Positions 51,124 to 64,000 of a DNA stretch of 64,000 nt are shown here, one piece after another (positions within the stretch are counted from its first letter, which is position 1; every line of letters begins with the position of its first letter). The stretch comes from Gnetum montanum. Its lineage: Eukaryota > Plantae > Gnetophyta. The notes beneath the pieces are model-generated. The model did not search any database. It was not told where the DNA came from and saw only the letters and a list, made by a program, of their open reading frames with translations. The position numbers and the translations under genes were made by a program. The stretch spans positions 215,582 through 279,581 of the forward strand of contig MNCI01001153.1 in NCBI GenBank assembly GCA_015680685.1. The letters are read 5' to 3'.

Positions 51124-54100
51124 GTTCCACATTTTTGTAGTAGTTGTAGTATGTTTCTGTGTTGTGTCTTCCCACACTGCGACATTTTTTTATTTCATTT
51201 TTTCCAGTTAATAATTTGATACCTATCCACTGTGTAATTAATGAAACTTGTTCTCTTTGTAACTTAGGGATGAGTTTTTATTTAGTTGTGGGGGTATGAT
51301 GGGACGCGATATTTCATGGGCCGCGATATCACATCCCTCGCGATATCGCATACGCAGTATTGCATCTTCCCTATGATATCGCATACATGATATCCTAGTC
51401 CACTACAATGTCTATAAATAAGAAGCAGCTCTCCCTTGTTTTAGCATTAGGAGTTAGATTGTAGTGAAACTCTAGGAGTTTGATCCCTCTAGAGTTGGAT
51501 TATTTTTCCAGTGTCTACCTGCAGTGTGATGAATGTACTTGTACGGAATTATTTATTCGAGTGTGACGTACTTGGACACGCACATGACTAGCAATAAAGA
51601 TCGAGATTACTTCATCATTGCAACATTCACTTTGTTATTGATTTTTTTATTTATTTAATGTTATTTACTATTTTCTCTCTCACCCTTAAACTCCTAGAAC
51701 TTGGAATGAGTACAACTTGATTACGAGCATTTAAGTGTGACTACTTGGTATCCCAGTGGTGTACCAAGTATCTGTGCCTGGTAATCCTAGTGGTAGTCAT
51801 GCGCGAGGTCCAAGATGTGTATGGATGATCAAGGAATTGGCTGCTCATCGTACTTATGCTAGATTAGATTTTCTTACCCTTTTCCTCCTAGCTTAGCTTA
51901 GTTAATTATTATTTTCCACTTCCTTCAAGAGCAGCGTTAGAATTAGGAACACATCATACACCTCACTCTAGACTAAGCCATATATGAAAAATATAAATAC
52001 TAGTCTAGGATGGGAAGACAGCGAACTGCAACTTAAGGTTAATGATCTAGGTGCCACAACTAGTCCATCTGCAAAGTTCGACTAGATCACGCATGAGAAC
52101 GTTTGTATTCGTATGGTTAAGTATAGGGGTATCTCATCACTCATCAATAACCAAAAACATAGTCCTGTAATAGTACCAGGAATAGAAACACATAGGATTA
52201 AAGATGCCTCCGTGGCTGGCTCTGGCTCTTTGTTTGTGGCTCCATCTCTTGCTTTTGAATTTCCTAGTTGGGAACTTGACATCATACTAGAAGTAGTTTG
52301 GCTGGACCCAAACAAGCATTTCAAAATCATTCCTTTTGCAACATAAAACAGTTACTCTTATTCTATTGTTTCCAACTTGTTCTCTCTAAATGATAGTAGC
52401 AAAAATTTGGATATTAATAGGAGAGTGGTATGTGCTACTTCATGGAATTGGAAAGTCTATGAAAGCCATTTGAATTTGCTACCCAAAGAAATTTGGGTTC
52501 AAAATATCTTCTCTCACCTTCAAATTAGGGATCTTTGTCCACTGATGTAGACTTCTCGCTCTTTTAGTTTTCTTGCCACTCAAGATGAGGCATGGCATGC
52601 CTTGTTAAAGAACCTTGCACTTCCTCTGATGAAAGTAGAAAGTACGATTTAGGGATTCCCAAGTATGACTACTCTACCTTTCTTTTCTTTTTTGAGTGGT
52701 GTCACCATTTTGTAAATTTTCATAAATTTGATTCTAAGTTCTTTGTAGTTTTCTCTCAAAATGTATAACACTATATCCTTATATCTCTATGTTTAGTTAA
52801 CATAAAATGGGTGAACTCTAAATAAGATGAGAATACAAACATTGATATGAATTAGGAAAAAATCCACAAAATGAAACTATACAATTTTAAAGTTGAAGAA
52901 AGATTTCAAATACACCCAACATAATAGAAAGATGTTCTGCATCATGTCCATTGCCTAACATTACACAATTTTCACCTACTTACTTTACCCAAGGCATAAC
53001 CATAGTTACCAAAAAAGTGAACTTGCACTGCAATTCAAAAATTTTAAGAAATGATAAACTATGGGCCTAACAAAGTTTCTAGCTAAAAATCCTTAGGATG
53101 CATGGACTTTATGGTCTAAAAAAATAGTTTTTTTATTCTTTGTTTTGCTTCCCTTTTCACCACATTATTTTAAATGCACAACTCTACATGATGACTATGG
53201 TAATACTCATTACATCAACAACTTGTTAGACTTTAATGATCTCTAGTTGGATGGTATTGCCTTACCTACAATTGGCCATCATCTTTTCCACTAGTGTTTG
53301 TGGGAATGTGTTTCTCTTTGAATTTTTACACTCCAGGAATACCATGTTTCAGAAATTTTCCTAGAAATGTTTTGGAATTTACCCTTAATATAGTTAGTCA
53401 TAATTCTATTTCAGAAAACTTTCCAATGTCTCCTTTTTTCCAATGTGCTATGATGTTCTTGAAGTATTTTCAACAAGTTCCTAGATTCCAAGATTGTTCC
53501 TTGACTATAAGTTTTTAAGAAAATAATTTTTTAAAGTTTCATAATTATAAATATACAATTAGGGAACTTTCTAATTTAAATACTTTGTTATTTCAAATAT
53601 TCTATTACATATGTTAAAATTGATACATTTTTAAGCTTTTGTTTTCTTGCCATTAGTTAGCATAGTTTTAAAACTTTTTCTTACATGATAAATCGCAAGA
53701 GGCCTTGGAAGAGGAGATTCATATCATTTTTGTATACCTCACATGTGGATCATTGTGAGAATAAAGACAACTATGAATGCAACAAGAAGCAAAATAACTA
53801 CAGAATAAAACCCTCAAATTATAAGTCATTGTTATAAAAAAAATAGAATTAAGATTGATATCTAAGCCTGTGCCAAACAAGGGCAAACAATTTGGCAATG
53901 CAATTCCATTTACCCTCATCACAATACACATGAGTGGTTATGTGCTGATGAAATAAACTACTTCTAGATTTACTAAATTTATCTTTATATCTTCACTTCT
54001 TTTCTTTATTGCCTCTAGAGTCATCTTTAAGATATCTTCAAATATTATCTTCTAAATGATATTTTTATATTTAGTTAACAATACTAGCACTATTAATCAT

Positions 54101-54904
54101 TAATTTTTAATTTCATACTGTTGGCCTTGCTATTACTAATAATTGCCTTGTTGTCAAAAAAATCATGCACTCCTAAACTTGTTTGGAGTCACATTCCTCC
54201 TTACATTTCCAAGCATTGTGAAACATAGTTTCCTATAAACTAAGAAAGTTTAGGAATTAGTTAAACTTATCCAACAGTACCTTTTTCATTGTGTTTACAC
54301 ATTTTTTTTAGTATGAACCTTCTTAAGAGCTAGTTACCCTTCTTTGAATTTCCCTATAATCCAATAAAGCTCTATTTCAATTCGATTTGACCTGCTGTGA
54401 TAAAAAATGTTTCTTTTAAAAAAATAAAATTTACTTTTTTTATTGTATGTGTATTGTCTTCTACATGATCCCGAACCCATTTTAAAATCCCCACAAAGAG
54501 ATTGCCTGGTCACATACTTCTGAAGGTACTATGTACTTTGCTTTGCCATTGAACCATACCATTTTTTTTACAATAGTTGTATCAAGCTAATTGTGTTTTC
54601 TTACCACTTTTATGGGTGTGTTCTAGCATGTTTGGTATGGCTTCTAATGGTCATCCTACAAATTATAAACCTTAACCATAAAATGTATGTTGATATTAAT
54701 AGAAATTTTGAAAATGAAATCACACAAGTTGATATTTAAGATTATATCACTTGGTATATGCTATGTGCCATTCAGGGGCATGGTAAAAACATATGTTCAT
54801 AAACTATGGTGTCAAGTAGATAGCTGATTATAGTATTTCATTGTCAAATCTTTTGCCTACCTTAATGGTCAACTTATCATACATAGGATAAAGGCATCAT
54901 CATG

Positions 54905-55757
54905 ATGTTGAGATGATCCCTTGGTGTATGCTCTTTGCTAATGGAAGTCCTAGCTACAAAAATAGAAACTTGGAGAAACATCCTAGAATCAAAGGGATGG
55001 AGGATTAGTAGAAGTAAAATATAATTCATGGAGTGAAAGTTTAGTGGAAAAAAAATTAATGAGGATTCAAAGATTAGAATTTAAAATTAGAAAGTTACTT
55101 GAAGTAAGCAATTCAAATACTTGAGGTCTTTTATTTAAATGGATGGTGAGATTAACAATGATATGATGAATAGAATTGAAGTAGGATGGAAGAAATAGTG
55201 AAAATTTAGTAGTGTGCTTTGTGATAGAAAAATCTTTGCTAGGTTGAAGGGTAAATCTTACATAACTACTATTAGACTTGTGATGATTATGTAGAATGTT
55301 GTCCTATTAAAAAGCATTAGGCCTAATGCATACTTGTGGAAAAGAAGTGTATGCTAAATGGATATTATGTATGGCTTTGAAAGATTAAATCAATTCTTCT
55401 CTTATTTGGGGAAGTTTGTAAGTAGCACTCATTGATGAGAAGATTAAGGAAAATCATCTTAGATGGTTTGGTAATCTGCTAAAATACCAGAGAAAATTGT
55501 TGTTACAAATGTTTCTTTATGTGCTAAGAAGACTAAAGAATGTTCTTGTTAGAAAAGGTTACTTTAATTCTCCTTCTAGAAAAGGTTGCTTTATTAAAGT
55601 TGAGGGACAATGAAAAAGTGGTATACTAAAACATACTTGGTTTGTTTGCATAAAAAGACATCCAAGATTTGAGTATTAATGCTTATTTGGTTCTTAATAG
55701 AAGTGAATGGCATAAAAGAGCCCATGTAGCTAAGGATAATGCTAAGATGATGATGGT
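54905..55757 (+). mobile_element. 5'-truncated RTE-clade LINE fragment
   Basis: IPWCMLFA, LETWRNILESKGWRISRSK, FKYL, DGEINND..NRI..GWKK, VLCDRKI.ARLKGK, IDEKIKENHLRWFG. Ends in a short GAT repeat. Confidence 0.85.
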
Positions 55758-58466
55758 AAATGGACACATTTATTATATATAGGATTTATTGCTACTAACG
55801 TATTTTGAACAAGTTCATTTGGTTGATAGATCCTTTTAATCCATACAAATGTAGTAAACTATGAATATTAGTATAAGATAATGAAGTACGCATTTCATGG
55901 TATGATAATATTATCTTTTAAAATTTTCCATGTACCTACTAATATTTCTAGTTACACTGGCATAAGTTGCAAGAGACATAAATTACCCTTATTCATATGA
56001 ACAAGGATACAAACTATAGAAAAGCCTAATGTTTGACTCAAAAGGTACTAATAGGTTTTCCATTATCCTATCCAAAATGTAACTTGTAGCTTTTATGTCT
56101 TCTTCATTCTCAATCATATTTCTTCTACATATTTGTTTTATTACTCAAAGATATTTCAATCTAGAAGTCCTATGTAATTCAAATTTTAATTTGTTAGTTT
56201 CAATCATTGTTGACTTAAGCAAGCATGTCATCAACACACAATGCAAAGTAATTGTACTTTGCTACAACAATTTTTGACACAGTCAAATTGGGCATTGTTA
56301 TGTTAGACCATAAGACAAACAGATATTGCAAGTGAAGCTTAAAATTGGCAACCTATTGATTGGCAAGGAAATGAGTTGCCATTGACTGACAACACCACTT
56401 TTTTTCCTCATCATGAAGGAATTAAATCTTCTTACCATTGCATAGGACCTAGTTATAGGCCATACAATATTTAAGGGAGCCTACTAACTAAGTCTTCTTT
56501 TCCATCTTGCACAACTCCTTTTAGTTGCTTGATATAAATCTTCTACTTTCAAAGTTCACCATTCAGGAAAGTTTTCTTAACTAGCTAGTGGATAGCATCC
56601 AAATGAAATTGTGTATAGCATTTGCAAAGAGATTTTAATAAATTTTATACCTTCTTTTTGAGAATACCTATTTCCAATCAATTCAATAAAGTCATATCAT
56701 GATACCTTGTACTTCTCATTGGTATCCTCTACAAACAAATGATTGATTTCATAGAAACCCAACATGATGCATTTTATCCTTCTAATAGACATTGGAGTTA
56801 TTTCTTGCTTTATATATAGAAAGTTATATAATCATTGACTATAAGCTGAGTTTGGAAACATAACTTTGGTTCTACATGGTTTAAGCATCTATCATTTGTA
56901 CTCAAGTTATGTTGTAAGTAGTTTTTAGCATTTTTCTTGACCTAGAATTTATTTTTAAAGACCTAGATATTTCCAAATTTGTATTGGGACACATTTCCAA
57001 ATTTGGTAAACGTAGAAAACAATAAAGTCAATAGATAATTTTTTATTAAATTTGAAAATTTGTTATTGATTTATATTCTTATAGACACTACTACTTGTTA
57101 TTCCTGTTTCATTACTCTTGTAGAATTTATCCTCATGGAAAATGCCACTGTATTTGTGATGCAGATAAATTAAAGTAAAGAATGCAATTTTAAGTAACAA
57201 TATGGAAAGATGATTTATTTATTTTTCAAATTGCTTTGACCATTTTAGATCTATGTTAAATAAATGGTGGGATGCTCAAGGACCTAATTGTTAATATGGT
57301 TCAAGAAAATTGCATTGCTTGATTCAAAAGTTAATAGCACATGACTAGACCATTGTATATGAAGCTTTTCTGGTAATTTTTTTTGAGCGTGTTGATAAGT
57401 TAGCATGGTTCCCTTTGTCAAGGCTTCAAATTGTAGTTGTATGCAATCTAGACCAATGCCCTCTAAAGAAAGATAAATTCCTTGAATTGCAACCATCATG
57501 CATGAAAGCTAATGTATATTTTTGAGTGAATTGTGTGCTTGTTTCTTTTATATATTATTCCATCTATTCTAAGATGTCTGCATCTCTGAACACAAGATGG
57601 ATTTTTTGGCAAGGAGATGTGGTAGAATGTCTAATTGTTATGGAAGAAATATAAACATTGGCTAACAGTTGTTAGTTGTCATTGTCAGGATTTAAATTAT
57701 GAAGTTATGGTTGAGAGCTCTAGGTTGGTTCAATGAAACTTGTAAGTTTATATTTGAGCATACCATCTAACATGATTGTAACCATAGGTTGTTAGGAATA
57801 CTTATAGTTTAAGTTAATTGACAATTTTTTAAACTTAAAACTAGCAAACCATACAACAAAACTCATTAAATAGATCCCAAGTAGATTAAATAATTCAATA
57901 ACAATGAGGAAGGTAATTACATTGATTTGTTAATTACTTTTTCCTTATTATTCAGCCCTATAGGCACATTTTTTATGCACATTTGAGTTGTTACTTCATT
58001 ATCCACATGTTTTGAGCATGTATGATGAAGGTTTTCCTAAAATTAACATTTAGATTGTAGTAAATTTTTTTTTTGAAATATCAATATTAGGAGAAATGGT
58101 AGTAGTGGAAAATTAAGCATTTATAGGGCCATTAGAAAACTATATTTTCTTTAATTTATTTTCTTATAAAAATCATATGAATTAACCAAGTTTTAGAGTC
58201 CTACAAATGTAAATCCCATATTGCAAGTTCAATTCCAATGGATAATGTTAAGATATGATAAAATTTGGTAAACAAAATTTTTAAAACTTGTTTGATCTGA
58301 TAGATCTTAAGGGTCCCCTTAGATGTAATTAAATACATTCATTTTCATACCAAGAGTATTAGTTCTACTTTATCTAAAATTCTATTGGAATAGTTGGTGA
58401 AATTGATATGCTTTTGTTAAAGGTTCTAATTCTCACATTGCTTTTACTATATCATAGCTAGGTTAG

Positions 58467-59454
58467 TGATGGGATGCAATATTGCATGAGCTGCGATATC
58501 GCGTACACGATATCGCAGCCATCGCGATATCGCATCCCATGCGATATCGCATCCCATGCGATATCGTGTATGCGATATCACGGTCCACTGCCATATCTAT
58601 ATATAAGAAGTGGCACTCCCCATATTCCTCATCCTAGGCTTAAAGTAGTGAAGCTTTGGCGGATTGATCACCCCAGAGATAGATTATTTTCCATGTGCCC
58701 ACAGTAGGAGTCCCCAAGTGAACGGATCTTTATTCGAGCAGCTTTGTACCTGAACCCAGGTTGTGTATAGCAATAAAGATGAGCTTTGTGGATAAACCTT
58801 GCAGTACATGGAATAGGTTTTATTACATGTTATTTCCTACTTGTTATTTATTACCTATTGTTAGCGCGGTATGAGTACAACTTGATTACAAGCATTTACG
58901 AATGTGTACGGTTAGTCAAGGAATCAGTTACTCATCGCAATTAGGCTTTCTCACCCTCAACTCCTAGAACATGGGATAAGTACGAATTGGTTATGAGCAT
59001 TCAAGGATGTGTGCGGTTAGCTGAGGAATGGATGCTTATCACACTTAGGTTAGTTAAGTGCCTCAGTATGACCACTTCAAGCACGTGCATTACATGTGGT
59101 GATCCCAGTAATGATTAGGGTTTGGTAGCCACAGTTGCATAGTTCAAGGTGTGTACGGTAAGTGAGAATGGATGCTAACGCTAGGGACTTAGTGCATTAG
59201 TTAGAGTTAGTCTTAGTTTCTCAACCCTTTCCGCTTAACATAGGAGAAAAACATAAAATACCATAAAAATCATATACCTCAGACTTGCTTAACCATACAC
59301 CGTGACACATACAAGCAAGCCTGGGAAGACAACGATTAAGTAACCCCAAGTGTTCCAAGTGGCATGTAGGCATTTAGTTCGCGGAGTTCGACTGGATCAT
59401 GTGTGCGACGCTCGTATTCATATGGTTGAGTGTAGGGATACTTGCCACTCATCA
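58467..59454 (+). mobile_element. Solo LTR related to the Athila-like element LTRs
   Basis: TGATGGGA...CACTCATCA ends, perfect TSD GTTAG, and a GCGATATCGC array in U3. Confidence 0.92.
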
Positions 59455-61067
59455 GTTAGATTTCATGCAGCTTTGTCAAAAGATTCTAATACGTATTGAC
59501 CTTTTAAGGGGATAGGTTATTGTTTTTTTCATATAGTAAGGTGGAGGGATTTTTATGATGATAAATATGCTTTTTCAAACATTGTTTATAGACTAATTTC
59601 ATGTTAGATGAAAAGTCAACATTATAGCCTCTAAAATACCTTAATTTTACTTATTTTTCTTTTGGTTTTCTTCATCTTTTGTTGATTTTTCCTTGACAAA
59701 TTCTTTTAAAGATCTATTTTGCCTCGTATCTAAAGGAAAGCATTTATTGTGTTCGCATTCCTCAATGTTAGTGAGAATGATTTAATCTTTAAAGGGATTT
59801 TAGGATGTCACTAAGAGTCAAGAGTCTAATATATTACCAAAACATGTTGCGAAAATCTAAATATTCAATTTTGATTCAATTTCTAAGATGTTTTAAGGTT
59901 AATAAATCTTATTATATTTCCTTTTAATTTTTTCAATATATAGAATAGGAGACTTTATATGTTTAAGACTTGAATTGATGTTTTCATGCTTGTAATGAAT
60001 GTTCCATCCAAAAATAGCCATGTTGTGATGTTATTGTTGTTTAGGATGTCAGACATATTTCTTCAATATATGTGTAGCATCCTATCATCCTATAGTTAGT
60101 ATTTTTTCTTTTCATTAATAACATTCACACTGAATTTATTTTGATGCCTTTTCATGTTGCATATATTGAGGCATTTATGCTATTAAAATGAAACTAAAAC
60201 TAAAGTGTTTTATTGGATAGAATCCAATTTTCTAGAGCATGGTATTGAGAAAAAGCATTATGCCTCAATGGAATTGGTATTCTTTATTTATAGTGGATGT
60301 TAATTCTATGATCATTTTCTTCTTTCTTTCTTTTAACGTTGGTCTCTTTGCTTAAATCCCTTCTTTAATCATTATATTCTCACATTGAATGGTTTTTCTA
60401 TTGTATTTTGAGCATATTAGCCTATTGCTCAAAAATTTGCTAAATTTGTATAATCAACTATTTTTTTCTTGCCTTAATGAGAAATTTAGTGTGAAATTAA
60501 TGAAGTTGCTAAATATGTGAAGTATTAACATATTTCTTTTAGCAATACATCTTCTATGTTAATTTGTTGATTCCCATTTTCTTGAATACTTAATTGTTAT
60601 TATAGAAAGTAATATGTGAACATCCATTTTGTATTCTTATTTAATTGCTTCTGAACATCACACTATTACTAGATAAGGAAAATTCTTATTGAAAGTTTGT
60701 ATGCATCACTTTGCAGCAAAATTTAACTTTATTTTTCATTTGTGGATTTTTACCCAATGATATTGTTAGCTTAGACTATTCCAATTGAAGTAGATTAATT
60801 GCATAATATCTTGGTTCTTATCATAAATCTAAAATGCTTCTATTTTATCAAACAAACATTATGGTCTTCAACATCGTCAATTTATGATAAAGGAGTAATT
60901 TGTTTTAGGTATATACGTTGTAAGTTTAATGGTTGTTTTGTTATAGGCAACCTTATGTTTTCAAATGCAAAATGTGGTGAACGGTAAGAAATCTCATGGA
61001 ATTTTTGTAAAAACCGTAAAACATAGTACCCTTTATTAATGTGTCTAAAAGTTAAATTTTTTTTATA

Positions 61068-61150
61068 AATGTATATATGTGTATTTACATGTATGCATAT
61101 GTATATGTATGTATGTCCATGTATATACACATGTATATGTATCTGTGCAC
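61068..61150. repeat. Degenerate (TATG/TA)n microsatellite
   Basis: atgtatatatgtgtatttacatgtatgcatatgtatatgtatgtatgt... Confidence 0.8.
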
Positions 61151-64000
61151 ATGCACGTCTCCAATATTTTTCTAGTATTGGACTTTTCTCATTGAAAATA
61201 ATTTTCTGATGGTTAGCTGGAGCTTGAAAATGTTATTCAATGCAAGTTTTACTTAGAACATACATATTTAAACTGTCATTCCAAATGACAAGGGTTAAGG
61301 GATAATATATGTGTTTAGGAAATAATTTAGCTTGAGATAGTTCTTGCATATTTTTTACTTTATTTTTAAAGCTTGCTCATGATTTACTAGCCTTTCTATA
61401 TGCTGATTTACTAGCCTTTGTGTATGCTGAATGATAAATTGTACCTACTACATAGTGATGTAGGGGAGTGAGATTCAAAGGTTTTGATTTCTTTGCATTT
61501 CAAATTGGTTCTTCATCTTAATTTCTCATATCTAAAAGACATCTTTATTTCTTTGTTTAGTGTTAGTGATCTCACACAACTGTATGCTCCATCTCTTATT
61601 TCTATTTATATCATTATGTTCATGTACATTTTCTCTTATATTCTACTATCTAAAACTTGATATCTTATGGTATGTGAAAATCTATAAATGACAATAGGGA
61701 GTATGTTATTTGTAGTCAACAAGCCTTTGCAAAAATAAAGTATGTTGGTTTGGAACCTAGTTAAGACACAACTATTTAAAATTCTACCTTTAGATGGGTT
61801 GAGGCTACATGTGAATAGAATGATGTTTAGTACAAGTTAATGTGTGAGAAGATCAGTGTAAATAACTCGACTTCTAAGTGTTATCCATATTATATTGCAT
61901 ACTGAAAAACAAAGAACATTCTAAAGATATGGACATTGTTCATGTATTTCTTTTAATATTTTTTTCTATCCAAATTTTAATTCTTTTGTTTTTTGTCTTC
62001 TTGTTGCTATTGTTTTTTCCTAAACTCTTGGAGAGAACTTTTTCCTTTTTTTTTGTCGGGGTGGGGGAAGGGGGGCTAGTGTGTTGTCATGGGAGGGGTG
62101 CCTGCATTTTTGGGATGTGGGGAGATGCTCTCTCCCCATCCTTTTGGGGATTTTCATAAGCTGTACATATTTTTTTTTATTTAATTTTATGCCTGAAGTT
62201 TCTCCAAAAAACAATCTTTTTTTTTTGTTGACACTTGTCAACAATCATTTATTATTCATAGTTGAATGATAGTTGCAATTAGGTGAGCATTTATGTACAA
62301 GTGTATCCCTCATCTCATATAAATACAATTATAGGTTAGAAGAACAATTCATTCAACCTTGAAACTTTCTTGTGTTATCTACTTTCATTCTATTTTCTTC
62401 ACTCTTTAATTTCAACTTAGTACCAAAGTAGGTTATATGTTTTGGAAGTTGGTGTATTTGATGCAATAAGTGCAACATAGCATAGTGGGTGTTTTAGGTA
62501 GTAGTATAGGTGCATGTGTTTGGCAGCACCTCCTCCCCATTGATGATGGATTTTGAGTGAGCTTGGGGCATAACTATCTAGTGACAAAAATCCAGGATCT
62601 AAAAGATATTTTCCAGTGATATAAACATGGAAGCTTCATCCTACCATTTTTTTGCAAGCTAATAGAGTTTCTCATTGAAACCTAATTCTATCAATTTTCT
62701 ACCTATGTATTGGCTATGGTAGACTACTACTTTTGGTTTTTAGTATGATTGAATCTACTATTTGATCCTTAATATTTTTTCTTATTTGTGATTTTTTGTA
62801 GCATGTTGGAAGTTAATACAATAGATGTGACATACCATTTTGAATTATGTTTAAAATGCACAATAAATTCAAATGAAAGGAAAAAGTGAAAGAGGAATTT
62901 TCTTAATAGAATTAGAGTTTGTCATCATCCATCCTAGTAAAAGATCCTCATTCCCTGGCTACCTTGGTGGAATGGCCATGGCTAGAGGCACTTAGCAACA
63001 TCTTGGTTTTGACATCCTCATCTACCAATGTCTTGATTGGATGTTCTTCATTTTAGACTTTTCTTTGTCACATGGTTTTTATCCTTTATTGTAGGTTTGA
63101 TTCTATCTTCCATATTTCTTCATGGAATGACTTCTATTGTTTGTCCTCTTGATAGATGGTTGTTCCGTCATCCACATATTTGATAAGATGATGTTTCTAC
63201 CCACCTGATCATTTAAATATGGTTGTTAATGGACTTGATTGGCACCATTCTCTGTAAGTTTTTCCATCTACTTTTGGACGTTCTTTCTCTGCTTTGAATC
63301 TTTTCTTATTCCATATGCTCCTTGTTATTCCTCTATGCCTTTTTCCTTTACATTCACTTTTTTTTTTTGCCCACGTACTATCTTACATTCTCTTTTATTA
63401 GCTTGCTAGCATAATGCTTCTTCATAGGCTTCACTTCTTTTAGTACATTACCATGCTTTCGTTGCCATCTTATTTGACTTCACATTTTTCTACTTTCCTA
63501 TCAAGGTAAATGGATGATTTTTAATTTTTGTGTAAGGTAGCATCCCTTTGCCTTAACTGACATGTCCCTTCTTAATCATTTTTTATTCTTTATTCTATTG
63601 TGCATAAAGGAGATCTTATTGGATTGGTTAGTTTCTTATGATATCTTAGGCTATCTTCTAACTCTATTCTTCAATCATAAGGATGGTGTGATGTGAGTTA
63701 TTATTTTGATTCTATGGTGTAGTATGAACATAGGAAAATCACATTGGCTAGACATGGGCAGAATTTGGTTCATCACACATTCCTCTCCTTTACTCATGAG
63801 GGGTCAAAATATTAAATGGAACAAAAAAATAAGTCAAACCTTTATTATTCACCTTTCCTTGGCATACCTCATATATTTATATTTGTTAATTCTTCAATAA
63901 ACATTTGGGAAAAATCACATCTTTGGGTAGTATCCCACTAGTGGCGTTTACAATTACAGGATTTTGGGGAAGAGGGAATGGAATGATTTCATAGGATGGA

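Larger units (their letters stand above)
43445..52146 (+). mobile_element. Non-autonomous Athila-like Ty3/gypsy element (LTR-gag-ORF2-LTR, no pol)
   Basis: LTRs at 43445-44311 and 51297-52146 (TGATG...CATCA). PBS TGGCGCCATTACCAGGGAT at 44313, similar to the tRNA-Asp/Athila type. PPT-like GTGGGGGTA at ~51288. TSD GTAAC/ATAAC. Confidence 0.9.
43306..52652 (+). pseudogene. F-box pseudogene split by the Athila-like insertion (segments 43306-43444 and 52147-~52652)
   Basis: F-box motif LNLLPKEIWVQNIFSHLQIRDLCPLM*TSRSFSFLATQDEAWHALL at ~52470-52610. The same frame runs back to the insertion site with one TAA. An acidic N-terminus MEGK...SDEEDEDFDDEDELD lies left of the insertion, offset by 1 nt. 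Confidence 0.7.

Noticed and set aside
56300-57500. Possible DNA-transposase remnants on the minus strand
   Set aside because: Too degenerate; no diagnostic motif.
59460-64000. Short ORFs in the AT-rich tail
   Set aside because: Low-complexity, intron-like or intergenic sequence with no homology recognised.

Overview
This is a repeat-dominated, CpG-depleted land-plant intergenic window, probably from a gymnosperm (inference). It holds no intact host gene and has an N-gap at 4263-5149. From left to right it contains: captured 5' fragments of ESS2/DGCR14 and DnaJ49-like genes beside a short terminus that recurs at ~8.0 kb; a truncated Tat-type Ty3/gypsy element with its extra RNase H between protease and RT; two very old Ty3/gypsy elements (16708-23112 and 24078-42693); a younger, rearranged Ogre/Tat-like element nested in the second of these (24932-40059, TSD CTTGT); a pol-less Athila-like element (43445-52146) inserted into an F-box pseudogene; an RTE LINE fragment; and a solo LTR. 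The main finding lies in the ~5.2-kb protease-RT spacer of the Ogre-like element, which looks like a single in-frame intron. It holds an antisense gene with its own TATA box and 9 exons (~1,100 codons, now pseudogenised), and the reading-frame phase is conserved across all 8 introns. The reconstructed protein joins an FCP1/NIF-like HAD phosphatase-fold domain to a plant-transposon accessory (Transposase_32/Athila ORF2-like) domain, a coiled coil and an acidic tail. All domain calls come from motif recognition by eye, not from database searches.
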